64,000 nucleotides of DNA from Alphaproteobacteria bacterium (GTDB taxonomy: Bacteria > Pseudomonadota > Alphaproteobacteria > MPNO01 > UBA830). The stretch covers positions 352,001-416,000 of the forward strand of contig OZ219790.1 of NCBI GenBank assembly GCA_964291215.2, in the 5' to 3' direction. Each line of letters begins with the position of its first letter. The first letter of the stretch is position 1. The translations under genes and the position numbers were made by a program. Below the pieces are notes generated by a model. The model saw only the letters and a program-made list of their open reading frames with translations, did not search any database and was not told the origin of the DNA. Shown in pieces: positions 20,234 through 29,992 of the stretch.

Positions 20234-20836
20234 ATGGCGCATGAACGCGATATGGCCCATATGGGCGACAACCAATGCAACTGGTATGCCGAGGAGCTAG
20301 AGGATTCGGCAGAGTTCCGCAGGACCTACCGAAAACGGCTTTCGGTGGTGAAGGCTGCGGACATGCCGTTCGAGAATTCTCCGGACGGCCTTATCAAGCA
20401 CATGGTCCACGAAAAGCAGAACACCACCGAAAACTGCGTCGAGGCCTACATGCAGTTCATCCCTTCCGGCAGCCATACCGGCAAGCGCCGCATTCTCGCC
20501 GAACAGATTCTGTTCGTGCTCGACGGCCGCGGCTACGATCTCCACTGGGACGTCGAGTACGAGGTCGACATTGACTTCCACTGGTCGTGGAAGGAGGAGC
20601 CGAGAAAGTTCGAATGGGAACGTGGCGATTTCATCTTCGTGCCGGCCTACTGCATCCAGCAGCACTTCAATTCCGATCCCGACAGCGAAGCACGGCTGAT
20701 CGTGATCACGAACCGCATCTTCAAGGCGATGGGGCTCAACTGGCTCGAACAGATCGAGAATGCGCCCGCGTATGAGGGTGATCTTGAGCCGATGCTGGCC
20801 GGCCCCGGATGGGTTCCGGACACCCGCGACGACTGA
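20234..20836 (+). CDS. Cupin domain protein (paralogue lacking the HxH metal motif)
   Basis: GKRRILAEQILFVLDGRGY..WERGDFIFVPAYCIQQHFN. Confidence 0.88.
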   Translation: MAHERDMAHMGDNQCNWYAEELEDSAEFRRTYRKRLSVVKAADMPFENSPDGLIKHMVHEKQNTTENCVEAYMQFIPSGSHTGKRRILAEQILFVLDGRGYDLHWDVEYEVDIDFHWSWKEEPRKFEWERGDFIFVPAYCIQQHFNSDPDSEARLIVITNRIFKAMGLNWLEQIENAPAYEGDLEPMLAGPGWVPDTRDD

Positions 20837-20869
20837 GCGGAAGGACGGGCGGCTCCACGCCGCACAGGA

Positions 20870-21340
20870 TCAGCCGCGCACGCGCCCTTCGAAACGATCG
20901 ACCGCATCGATGTCGAGCTTGCGCGGATTGACGTCGACGCGTGCGTTCTTCACCTCGCGGTCGAAGGCCACCACCTGGAGGAGTTCCAGATCCTCGTTGC
21001 CGCAGCTCTCGAACCAGTACTGAGCATTTCGCGGCATCACGATTCCTTCGTGACGTCCGAATTCGCCGAGCACCTCGTCGCCGGGCCCGTAGAAGCGCAC
21101 CCTGCCCTGCAGCACCATCCAGAAACCGTCCATCCCGGTATGTGAATGGAGGTTGTTGTCGCCGCCTTCCCTCACAACCTGAACGGCGCCGCGGATGATG
21201 TCGGTCTGGCACAGGGACACGATCGCCTTTTCCGTCTCCTGGCTCCCGGGCTTGGCATAAGAGAATTTCTGGGGCTCACGCGGCGGCGCGTTCCTCGGCC
21301 GGGCCGACTTGCGTGCCGACATGGTGCCTGTTTCGACCAT
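20870..21340 (-). CDS. Cupin domain protein
   Basis: GGDNNLHSHTGMDGFWMVLQGRVRF..MPRNAQYWF. Confidence 0.85.
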   Translation of the reverse strand: MVETGTMSARKSARPRNAPPREPQKFSYAKPGSQETEKAIVSLCQTDIIRGAVQVVREGGDNNLHSHTGMDGFWMVLQGRVRFYGPGDEVLGEFGRHEGIVMPRNAQYWFESCGNEDLELLQVVAFDREVKNARVDVNPRKLDIDAVDRFEGRVRG

Positions 21341-21390
21341 GATTTTGCCTCCGGTCGCTGCGCGGCGATAATTCGAGCTTGCTGTTTATG

Positions 21391-21735
21391 CCGAAGTTCC
21401 AGCGCCGATCAGACGTATCGTTATGAATGTATTGACGTTTGAGAGAATTGGGTGTGTCGCTACCGGGAACGCTACAGGCGCACGCCCAGGAGTTTGAGTG
21501 CCCTTCTCTGGAGCGGCGCGGGCCGCGTGGTGACCTGGAAGGGTTCGGCGCCCGCAAGGCGGGGCGCCACGGTGTTGCGAGTGGCGAGATCATCGATGAG
21601 GGTACGGAAGCTGTGCCACCCCCGGGCGTCCTCCTGGTTGCCGTCTTGGCCCGGGCGCTCGCCGAGACTTCTGCCGGCGCCACGACGGACGGCCGCCTCC
21701 GGCATCCTCGTCGTCGAACAGCAGGGGCTTCAGTT
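21391..21735 (-). mobile_element. IS1634-family 3' remnant with right end
   Basis: Similar to 57877-58220 (CCGAAGTTCCAGC end; WHSFRTLIDDLAT..TRPAPLQRRALKLLGV). Confidence 0.88.
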
Positions 21736-21738
21736 TTT

Positions 21739-22947
21739 GATTACGCAACCTGATGTTTGGAAATTGTCGTGAAGCTGATCGAGCTGTTCCCATTTGATCT
21801 TGGTTTCAGTTTCCCATTTTTCCTCAACGAGGACCGCGGTTGAGAGGCGCTCCAACGAGGCGAGGTTCGGAAAGACCCTGACTTTGGAGGTGCGCCGCTT
21901 GAGCTCTTGCTGGATCGGTCGCTCGATGCCGTTCGAGGTTCGCATACGCTTGTGGTGAGCATCGGGCAAGGTGAAGACAGCGAGCCCCGCATTGTTTTTC
22001 AGCCAGGAAGCCTGGATGCTTGTCGCTGGCCACGAGGGCGCCCAGTTCAGCCTCGGCGGTTTGGAGTGAGGAGGCGTGGCTCCGAGCTGTTTTCCAATAC
22101 GTTTCCTGATGTCGTTGTTCGGTGCACGGCGTTTTGTGCCAAGTGGAACTGGCAGCGCTGCCATGTCGCCGCGCCCAGCACCGTGCCGCTTTCAACCCGG
22201 CATCCGAGACGATGAAGGTCGTACCATGCAGGGCTAGCAAGCTTTCCAGGAAGGCTCTCCAATGGACCTCGGCCTCGGAGAGCGCCACAGAGAGCCCCGG
22301 AACGTGCCTGCAGCCCCTATTCCGATGGCCGAGAGTACCGCGACATCGCGCACAACGCCGTCATGGCGGGCTTTTTCATAGCGCGCATCCAGGTATTTCA
22401 TCAGGGACCGGTTGCGCCAGGCAGCGAGTTCTTCATCGAGCAACCTGGTGGCCCGGCTGACCTGAGAAGGGGACAGGCTCCCGAACTCGCGCATTACATC
22501 CTGCCGCGTGGAAACACCCTTGATGTACATCTCGGCTACGGCGCGAGAAGATCGCTGGCCGCGTTCAAGCGACTGGGGGGTCGTCCCCGTGACCGTTTGG
22601 CACCTGAACGGTAACAGTGGGGGTTGTCGATCCGCTTGTAGCCGTTGGCCCTGTCGCTCCGGTGTCCGGTGGCCCACTTTCAAGTACTGCTCGCGCTCGA
22701 TTTGCATCGCAAGCTCGAAGAGCTGGCCAAAGACCCGCCCCAGATCCGTTGCTCCGTTTGCGATCAGATGTTCCAAAACAGTCCCGATCGTCGTAGTGTG
22801 TCGCAGGTCCATTCGCTTCCTCCATGAATGTTTTACAACTCCATGGGATAGTACGATGGCGCCGCGTTTCACTGGGGGGCTGGCCCCCAGTGAAACGCCT
22901 CAAAGCGCAAACCTCAGACAAATTTCCAGACATCAAGTTATAGTACC
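21739..22947 (-). mobile_element. IS256-family element with both ends, degenerate transposase
   Basis: IRs GGTACTATAACTTGATGTCTGGAAATT / AATTTCCAAACATCAGGTTGCGTAATC; AEMYIKGVSTR, YLDARYEK, WQRCQFH and RTSNGIER..KRRTSKVRVFPN motifs; no TSD. Confidence 0.93.
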
Positions 22948-23230
22948 GCGCCAGCCAATCCAACGGTCCGGCGGTGCACAGCCGAGGGCGCCCGTCTGCC
23001 AGCCCGCAGCGCCAATCCACCGCCCGCGCCAGGTGAACACGTAGCGCAGACCTCGACCGGCAAACTGCTTGAAACCAAGATACGGTCAACCACACGGTTC
23101 CAGCGGCACCAGGCCGCGCAAGGCGCACAACCACATCCCGGAGCGAAAAATCCTCCGGAGTCGTCTTAGAAAAATCCGCTGCCCCCACGACAACGGATAC
23201 TGCGCCGCTTCACAAAAAGCCGGCAAAAAT
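22948..23230 (-). mobile_element. DUF4338-domain transposase-associated gene, N-terminal remnant
   Basis: Frameshifted YLGFKQFAGRGLRYVFTWRGRWIGAAGWQTGA..DRWIGW. Confidence 0.65.
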
Positions 23231-23256
23231 GCGAAGCATCCTGAACAAGCAAAACC

Positions 23257-23440
23257 GACCCTTCCAACAAACCTGGCGTGGGATCACCGTGCCCGGGAAC
23301 AGGTCACGTTCTACTACAACATGGGCAACCAGGGCCTCCAGTTTGCCGCGGTCGGAGGCCTCGTTCTCGAAAAGGACAGATCGGCTGGCACCGGGCGCAA
23401 CCTCCCGACAGGCTGGTTCCTTCAGGATGTGCGCGACTGA
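23257..23440 (+). pseudogene. 3' remnant of an ornithine cyclodeaminase/mu-crystallin family gene
   Basis: EQVTFYYNMGNQGLQFAAVGGLVLEK..GTGRNLPTGWFLQDVRD-stop resembles the family C-terminus. Confidence 0.65.
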
Positions 23441-23591
23441 CCGCCAACGAGCCGCAAGACTGCTGGAGCAGAGCCAACAAGGCTCAAGGCAGCAATCCGC
23501 TCAAGCAGTCTGCGCGTACTCGCTGTTCCGCAGGTTCCCGATCTGGCTTTCAACGATCCGCCCCGGGACCGGTAGCAGGCTCGCCGTGACC

Positions 23592-24506
23592 TCAGGCGGC
23601 AAGTCCGTGACCGGCGAGATAGTTCTCCATCACCCGGACGCAGGCTTCAGGTTTCTCGAGCTGCAGCATGTGGCTGGTGCCGGGGATCGCGATGTAATCG
23701 TAGCCACCTTCTTCCGCCATCGCCTTGTTGGCGGTGGCGGTGGGTGAAGGCCGCCCAACATCAGCGTCAGCCCCAACGAGGAGAACTGGGCCGCCGAATT
23801 CCGATGCCTTCGGCCAGAGGCCCATCTGGATGTTCGCAACATAGGTCTCTGCCTCGATCCCGCCCGGGTAGCACAGTTCCCAGCCATCTTCGGCGGGGCG
23901 CAGGATCGAGCGAGCCATCAGACCGTGAGCTCCCGCAATCCATTTCCGGGCCGCCCGCCCGCTGGCGTATTCGGCCTCCTGTTCGGAAGGATCGGAGAAC
24001 CACGAGGGCCGCGCCTTCGCCCAGTCGGCAAGCCGGTATTCGAACTTGACCATCATGTCGTATAACCGATGGCCTTTGGGCGGGATGTCCGGCGGATCGA
24101 ACAGCACCAGCGCGTCCCATCGCCATCCAGTCTCGACCGCATCCTTCATGGCGGCGCGGCCAGACATCGAATGGAAGGCGCCCACCGAAGGCTTGGCGCC
24201 GAACTGTTCGGAAATCGCGGTGTGAACCTCTCCTATGTCGCGCGCCATGTGGTCGTAATCATGGTTGGGAGTCTCGGACGGAGGGTTGCGGCCATGGTTC
24301 CGCATGTCGAACACGACGACATCGTAGCGCGGACAGAGGAGTTGCCAGAACGGCAAGTAGCCGTCTATGGCGAATCCGTTTCCGTGGCTGGCAAAGATTC
24401 GCAGGCGGGCGTCAGGGTCGCCGTGACGGCGCACGACTATCTGAGCCCCGTCGGCCATCGTCAGGTTCGCGACGGCGACGGGCTCCGGAACTTCGAGAAT
24501 GCTCAG
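23592..24506 (-). CDS. Alpha/beta hydrolase (probable CTG start at 24506; first ATG at 24458)
   Basis: SHGNGF, VFDMRNHGRN, nucleophile elbow FHSMSG, catalytic His GTSHMLQLEKP. Confidence 0.9.
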   Translation of the reverse strand: MSILEVPEPVAVANLTMADGAQIVVRRHGDPDARLRIFASHGNGFAIDGYLPFWQLLCPRYDVVVFDMRNHGRNPPSETPNHDYDHMARDIGEVHTAISEQFGAKPSVGAFHSMSGRAAMKDAVETGWRWDALVLFDPPDIPPKGHRLYDMMVKFEYRLADWAKARPSWFSDPSEQEAEYASGRAARKWIAGAHGLMARSILRPAEDGWELCYPGGIEAETYVANIQMGLWPKASEFGGPVLLVGADADVGRPSPTATANKAMAEEGGYDYIAIPGTSHMLQLEKPEACVRVMENYLAGHGLAA

Positions 24507-24584
24507 CGGATGATACTCCCTGCTCCACGCGACGGGCGCACGACGGGTTCTCTATACTCGAACGACGCGCGCCGGCCAAACGGA

Positions 24585-24938
24585 TCAGGTCGTCACCGAC
24601 AGGAAATTCTCGCTGATCCCAGGACCGTACCAGAAGACCGCGCACCCGCTCTCGGTCCAGATAGGCACCGGCCGGTCGGGATGAAAGACGTAACCGCTGC
24701 AGAAGTCCTCGTTGCGGTTGTCCGCAGGGCCGAAGAACGGGATTGTCCCGCCACATGCGATCCCGTGCCGGATCGGTCCGATATCAAACGACACGCGATC
24801 CCTGGCGATGAGGTCGCACAAGGCTGGATGTGCTGGCCGGAACTCGGTGAAGAACGGGGGTGAGCCTTTCTCCAGCAAGCGGAAGAAGGCGACATCGTGC
24901 GACCTGGTCGCGGTGGCCAGGAACGCGCCAATCATCAA
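24585..24938 (-). CDS. Hypothetical protein or degraded gene
   Basis: Fills the gap between co-oriented genes; no motif recognised. Confidence 0.3.
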   Translation of the reverse strand: MMIGAFLATATRSHDVAFFRLLEKGSPPFFTEFRPAHPALCDLIARDRVSFDIGPIRHGIACGGTIPFFGPADNRNEDFCSGYVFHPDRPVPIWTESGCAVFWYGPGISENFLSVTT

Positions 24939-24970
24939 TTCCCGGTCCGGATCCCGCCGCGCGGAAGGCG

Positions 24971-26554
24971 CTACGCGTTCCGGGATGGGCAGCCCGATTT
25001 ATCAAGGTTTGCGGACCGGTCCGAGGACGATATGCCGGCAAATGCCATGAGGTCGTGAAACAGGTTCGTGTCATTGACGATACGCGGCACCTTGTGCTGG
25101 CCGCCCAGTTGGCCGCGGCGCTTCATCCAGCTCGCAAATGTGCCGGACGGAACCGCATGGACGCGCGGCGCATCAAGACCATAGCCGCCGGCGCGGTGAA
25201 CGCCGTAGTCCTCATTGGCCTCCGAAAGCGCCTGGTCGAGCACAGCCGCAAAACGCTCGAGAAGATCAACCGACGGCACCCCGCCCGCAAACTCCAGGAC
25301 ATAAGCGTGGCCGCCGAGCCTGCCCGGGCGCGCGGGAAATACTGGCGCGACAGCATAATCGCTGACGTCGCCGCCGACGGCGTCTGCGGCGGCCGCCACC
25401 GCATCCGCGATTTCCTCCTCGATCAAGTGCTCGCCAAACGCTGAAAGCGTGTAGGCGGTGCGGCCAGTAACGAGAATGCGCGGTGGATCGAGATCCGTAA
25501 ATGTCACCGTGTCGCCGACGACATGGCCCCACAAGCCGGCACATGTGCTGACGACAATCGCGTAGTTGACGCCGACCTCCACATCGGCGAGCCAACGGCG
25601 CGGCGGATCGTCCCGGCCGAGGGCTTCGGGGGCAACGAATTCGTAGAACTGTCCGGTATCGACGATCAATCTCATGCCCTCACCGTCTCCCCTATCGGCG
25701 TTGGCGAAATAGCCTTCGCTCGCAGCATAGACCTCTCGGGTCTCCGCCCGGCTGTTCTCGAGGAGCCGCGCGAAACGCTTGCGATAGGGCGCGAAATTGA
25801 CGCCGCCATGCGCCAGCATTTCGAGCCGCGGGAAGTGGGCGTCGAGGCAGTCGCCCGCGCCGGGATTGAGCGCGTCGAGGCGGTCGAACAGAATCAGGAG
25901 CCAGCTGGGCGTGCCGCTGATCGCGCGGATGTCCTTGTCGAGGATTGACGCTGCTATCGCCTCGACCTTGCATTCCCAGTCGGCGATTGCGCCGATCTCG
26001 TCAGGCGGAAAATAGCGCCGCCGCGCCCACCATGGAAGCTCGCGCGCCGCGATGCCGCTAAGATCGCCGCTTGCCACCCCGGGTGCCTGCGAGACGAGCG
26101 CCGTGCTGCCGCCAAGCAGGAAGCTCCGGCCCGCGAGAATGCGCGACCGCGGTCGGTTTGCGACATGATGGGCGTAGAGATCGAGTCCCGCCCGCCTGTT
26201 CGCCGCCATCATCGCCGCCGTAAGCGGAATATATTTTGTCCGGCCAGAGGTCGTGCCCGAGGTCACAGCGAAGAACGGCACGGTACCGGGCCAGGTAACG
26301 TTGTGAAGCGCCGGGAACAGATCCTGCCAGTAGGCGCTCCACGTTTCCTCGAACCGCCGGAGCGGCACCCGGGCCTGAAACGCGGCGACGCTGTCGATTG
26401 CCCGGAAATCGTGGTCGCGCCCGAACCTCGTGTCGTGCGCCTGCTTCACGAGGCGGAGCAACAGCCGCTCCTGCTCGCGCGCCCCGTTCTGGCCGGCAAG
26501 CCGGGCTGCGTGCCGCCGCGCGTAGAGCCGCAGAAGGCCGGTAGCGTCGATCAT
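24971..26554 (-). CDS. GH3 family acyl-acid amido synthetase (adenylate-forming)
   Basis: TSGTTSGRTKYIP P-loop, SGDLSGI, ISGTPSW, HGGVNF, EVYAASEG, LSAFGEH and GGQHKVPR motifs. Confidence 0.93.
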   Translation of the reverse strand: MIDATGLLRLYARRHAARLAGQNGAREQERLLLRLVKQAHDTRFGRDHDFRAIDSVAAFQARVPLRRFEETWSAYWQDLFPALHNVTWPGTVPFFAVTSGTTSGRTKYIPLTAAMMAANRRAGLDLYAHHVANRPRSRILAGRSFLLGGSTALVSQAPGVASGDLSGIAARELPWWARRRYFPPDEIGAIADWECKVEAIAASILDKDIRAISGTPSWLLILFDRLDALNPGAGDCLDAHFPRLEMLAHGGVNFAPYRKRFARLLENSRAETREVYAASEGYFANADRGDGEGMRLIVDTGQFYEFVAPEALGRDDPPRRWLADVEVGVNYAIVVSTCAGLWGHVVGDTVTFTDLDPPRILVTGRTAYTLSAFGEHLIEEEIADAVAAAADAVGGDVSDYAVAPVFPARPGRLGGHAYVLEFAGGVPSVDLLERFAAVLDQALSEANEDYGVHRAGGYGLDAPRVHAVPSGTFASWMKRRGQLGGQHKVPRIVNDTNLFHDLMAFAGISSSDRSANLDKSGCPSRNA

Positions 26555-26586
26555 GGCCGGCGCGGCTCCACGGCGAACACCCGCAG

Positions 26587-28896
26587 CTACGCGCCAAGCT
26601 CGATGCGGTGCGCAAACCGTTCGCGCACCGTCTCGATGCGTAGCGGCATCTCGATATAGGCGCCGGACAGCCAGAGCTGAGCCTGATCGAGAAAGGACGC
26701 GCTGTTGAAATGGCCGTCCTGACCGCCTAGCAACACGAAATAGTTGCGATCGGGATCGGACATGTCCGAGATGTGGCGGGCGTTGGACCCGTAGCGCGTG
26801 AAATGGCGCTCACCGGTGGCCCCATGGGCGGTCTTCATCAGCGTGTCGCTGCTGCCGCCGACCGCCATGTCGGCAAAACGGTAGCGATCACCGATCAGTG
26901 GAACAAAGGAGAGCGGATGGGCAAGGCCAAGCCGGTGCATGGCGCCCCACTCCGGGAATTCCTCGACCGCCCGGGCGGCGGCCGACAGCGCCAGTTCCAG
27001 GGCCGGGTCAAGATCCCCTTCGCCGGTGCGCTCCATGTCGGCAATCATCAGTTGCCGAATTCCGGCAATATTGGCAAACGCGGCCCAGTCCTCCTCGCCC
27101 ATCGCTGCCTCGTAGAACGCCCGCGCGAACGCATCACGAAACGCCTCGAAGGCGACGGCGCCCTGCGATCCGCGACGATAAAGACCGTCCCAGCCGCGCA
27201 TCGCCGCGACGGCCTTGGCCCTGGCGCTGTCGGCGCCGACGGCCAAACCCGACCTATCGAGCCTGTCCAGCAGCGCGTCGCGCAGCGCCACCGAAGACGG
27301 CATGTAGACATCCTGCTGAAGCGCCTTGATGTCGTCGATTCCGACGGGGCCACCGCCCAGCAGTTCGGTCATGCGCTCCACCCGGTCGTCCGGCGAGAAG
27401 AAATAACCGACATGGATGTCGGTCTGGACCGGTCGATTGTTGGCCGACACCAGGAAACCCTGCTCCGGATTGAAGCTGAAAGGAAGCTCGTCCGCCCCCA
27501 GCATCCTGTTCCATGCCGCCTCACGCTGCCCGCTCTCGAGAACGATATCCTTGGGAAGCGGCCCCCGCCGGTCCGGCAGGCTCACCGCCATCACCTGGCC
27601 GATATTGCCGTCATTGTCGGCGTAGAGCATGTTCTGGCCTGGCACGGCAAAGGTGGAAAACGCATCGCGGAAATCCGCGAAGTTGCGCGCGCGGCTGACC
27701 CGGAGCATGGCCGTGATCTCGTCGCTGGCCTCGTGGCCGGTCCAGCGCAGTGCAAATGGGCGCGACACCTTGCCCGCCAGCTGCGGCGCGTCGCTCAGGA
27801 CCGGGCCCCATTTGGTTTCGCGAATCTCGATCTCGCGGTCGAACCACCAGCGCACGCCAATACGTTCGCGCCGGGTTGTGATCTCGGCAGTCCCGACCTC
27901 GTATAGATCGCTGGACGCAGCGCGCATGTTGGTGCCGCCCCACGCCATCCAGGGGTTGCGGCCGATCGCAAAGAACGGCAGTCCGGGCACCATGAGTCCG
28001 ACCGCATGGTAAGACGGAGACTTGATCCCCGCGAGCAGCCAGGTATTGGGCAGGAAGATCCCGAGATGCGGATCGTTGGCCATGATCGCAGCGCCGGTGG
28101 CGCTTCGGGCCGACGCCACGGCAAGGCTGTTGCTGCCGGACCGGCTCAGGGAACCGAGCAACGCATTCAGGCGCCCGGCCCCACCGTCGGAGCCGAAGCT
28201 GGTCAGCGAATCCGATCCGTGCGCGACCAGCCGCGCCCACAGGGCCGGCCAGTCGGCTCGGTCGCGAAGGCGGAGGAGATTGAACCAGACCAGCCAGTTG
28301 ACATCGGTCCCGGTCAGACGGCCAAAGGTCAGGACATCACGAATCGTCCATGGTTCGCGCTGCAACCCCAGCAAACCGAATTCATGAGGTAGTTTATGAG
28401 TTTTCTTCTGATAATGGTTGATTCCCTGAACAAATCGTGTGAGCCAATCCCTCGTCTCCTGCGGGAGAATCGCCTCGATCTTCGCCGACGCGCGGCCGAA
28501 ATCGAGGATGCGGAGACCGTGATCAATATCGGTTGCGAGCATGCCTCCCATCTCGGCGATGCGACCTTGGGAAACGCGTCGGTAGATTTCCATCTGGCCG
28601 AGCCGCAGATGAGCATGCACGAGGCCGAGAACAAATGCAGCGTCGCCGTCATGGTCGGCCTCGATGAACGGAATCTGGTTTTCGTTCCAATGAACGACCA
28701 CGCGCCCCTGAAGCAACAGGCCGGTTGTGGGGAAGACGGCCAGGCGCTCTTCGACAGTGGTCGGTTCCGGCAACGGCGCAAGCAGGGCGCAGCCGCAGAG
28801 CAAGCTGCCGACAATGGCGGAACCGACCGGCAGAAGCCGGTTTCGGCGTTTCCGCCCGGGAAAGGATCCAGCAGGTTTCGCAGCTAACTCGGGCAT
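26587..28896 (-). CDS. Penicillin acylase family Ntn-hydrolase, probable lipoprotein
   Basis: AGGAG RBS before MPELA; basic N-region plus lipobox-like LCGC; autocleavage GSNSLAV; ANDPHL, PGQNMLYAD and SANN motifs. Confidence 0.93.
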   Translation of the reverse strand: MPELAAKPAGSFPGRKRRNRLLPVGSAIVGSLLCGCALLAPLPEPTTVEERLAVFPTTGLLLQGRVVVHWNENQIPFIEADHDGDAAFVLGLVHAHLRLGQMEIYRRVSQGRIAEMGGMLATDIDHGLRILDFGRASAKIEAILPQETRDWLTRFVQGINHYQKKTHKLPHEFGLLGLQREPWTIRDVLTFGRLTGTDVNWLVWFNLLRLRDRADWPALWARLVAHGSDSLTSFGSDGGAGRLNALLGSLSRSGSNSLAVASARSATGAAIMANDPHLGIFLPNTWLLAGIKSPSYHAVGLMVPGLPFFAIGRNPWMAWGGTNMRAASSDLYEVGTAEITTRRERIGVRWWFDREIEIRETKWGPVLSDAPQLAGKVSRPFALRWTGHEASDEITAMLRVSRARNFADFRDAFSTFAVPGQNMLYADNDGNIGQVMAVSLPDRRGPLPKDIVLESGQREAAWNRMLGADELPFSFNPEQGFLVSANNRPVQTDIHVGYFFSPDDRVERMTELLGGGPVGIDDIKALQQDVYMPSSVALRDALLDRLDRSGLAVGADSARAKAVAAMRGWDGLYRRGSQGAVAFEAFRDAFARAFYEAAMGEEDWAAFANIAGIRQLMIADMERTGEGDLDPALELALSAAARAVEEFPEWGAMHRLGLAHPLSFVPLIGDRYRFADMAVGGSSDTLMKTAHGATGERHFTRYGSNARHISDMSDPDRNYFVLLGGQDGHFNSASFLDQAQLWLSGAYIEMPLRIETVRERFAHRIELGA

Positions 28897-29492
28897 GTCG
28901 TTGCTCCTGTTGTCGGACGGGTGGAGGGTCCTGCCCGGCGGTAAACGAATGGTCATGATATGGCTTTTGCGCCCGGTATTGGCAAGAAGCTGTGCTACGA
29001 CATGATCGCGCATCTTTCCCGAGACGCATGCAACGACCGCACACCGTTGCGCCGAGGCCGGATGAGAGACTCCTTTTAGCCTCGCGCGTGGAACGCGGCC
29101 GGTGTCATCGCCAAACCGGCAAATCTACTGAACGTCGGGGTCTGATCGGCTACGGTTGAGGGGCGCACACCCAATACCATCAAACAATTCGAGCGGAACC
29201 GACGGAATCCCCATCCGAAAGTGTGCAAACGCTCACATCACCCGACGCAGAAAAACCACCGCCGCGGAACGCGGCTCAGTTCAAAGCATGTTGGCGACAT
29301 CACGCACCGACACGGTTGCGCCTCCGCCCGGCCGGTACTAGCATGACCGGCACACTGCGAGATCCTGACCAGGTCCTCCTTCGCACCCCGAAACCAGAGA
29401 CGGGACCGGCCGGTCCGGCAGTCGGTTCACAACCGTTGCCATCCGGCAACCACCATCAACTTCGCCGTCCGGCGACAAGCGGAGAACCAGCC

Positions 29493-29780
29493 ATGGCTGC
29501 ATACATCATCACCAACACCGAAGTCTTCGACAACGATGCCTACGGCGAATACGGCAAGCTTGCCCCTGACGCGATCCGAAAATATGGCGGCGAATTCCTC
29601 ACGCGCGGCGGCGCGGCCGAGGTTCTGGAGGGGGGCTGGACCGCACACCGGGTCGTCGTCGTGCGCTTCGACAACGTCGAACAGGCGAAAACAATGTACA
29701 ACTCCCCCGAGTATCAGGCAGCCAAGGCCAAGCGCGAGGGAGCGGCGGACTTCAACATGATGGTCGTCGAGGGCCTCTGA
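29493..29780 (+). CDS. DUF1330 domain protein
   Basis: GGAG RBS; MAAYII..YGGEFLTRGG..VLEGGW..RVVVVRF..YNSPEYQ..VVEG. Confidence 0.92.
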   Translation: MAAYIITNTEVFDNDAYGEYGKLAPDAIRKYGGEFLTRGGAAEVLEGGWTAHRVVVVRFDNVEQAKTMYNSPEYQAAKAKREGAADFNMMVVEGL

Positions 29781-29803
29781 CCGCACCGGCGGCGGCGCAT
29801 GCC

Positions 29804-29992
29804 TCACCCTCCCGACGTCATGAACAGATAGACGGAAGCGGCCGTCAGGATCAGCCCGCCGTTGAGTGGCCAGAAGCCGCGTCGGCGGGCCCGGTCATCG
29901 AGTTTCCTATCAGCCAGCATCCGAAGCCCCATCACCACCAGCAGCACGCCGGCGCCCAGCATGGCACCAAGGATCAACGGTCCCGCATTCAT
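29804..29992 (-). CDS. Small two-TM membrane protein (62 aa)
   Basis: ATGA overlap with the upstream CinA-like gene; two hydrophobic segments separated by a basic loop. Confidence 0.7.
   Translation of the reverse strand: MNAGPLILGAMLGAGVLLVVMGLRMLADRKLDDRARRRGFWPLNGGLILTAASVYLFMTSGG

Noticed and set aside
28900-29490. Riboswitch or ncRNA in long intergenic regions (also 33360-33570 and 34570-35040)
   Set aside because: No recognisable aptamer, tRNA or repeat structure by eye; an Rfam scan would be needed.
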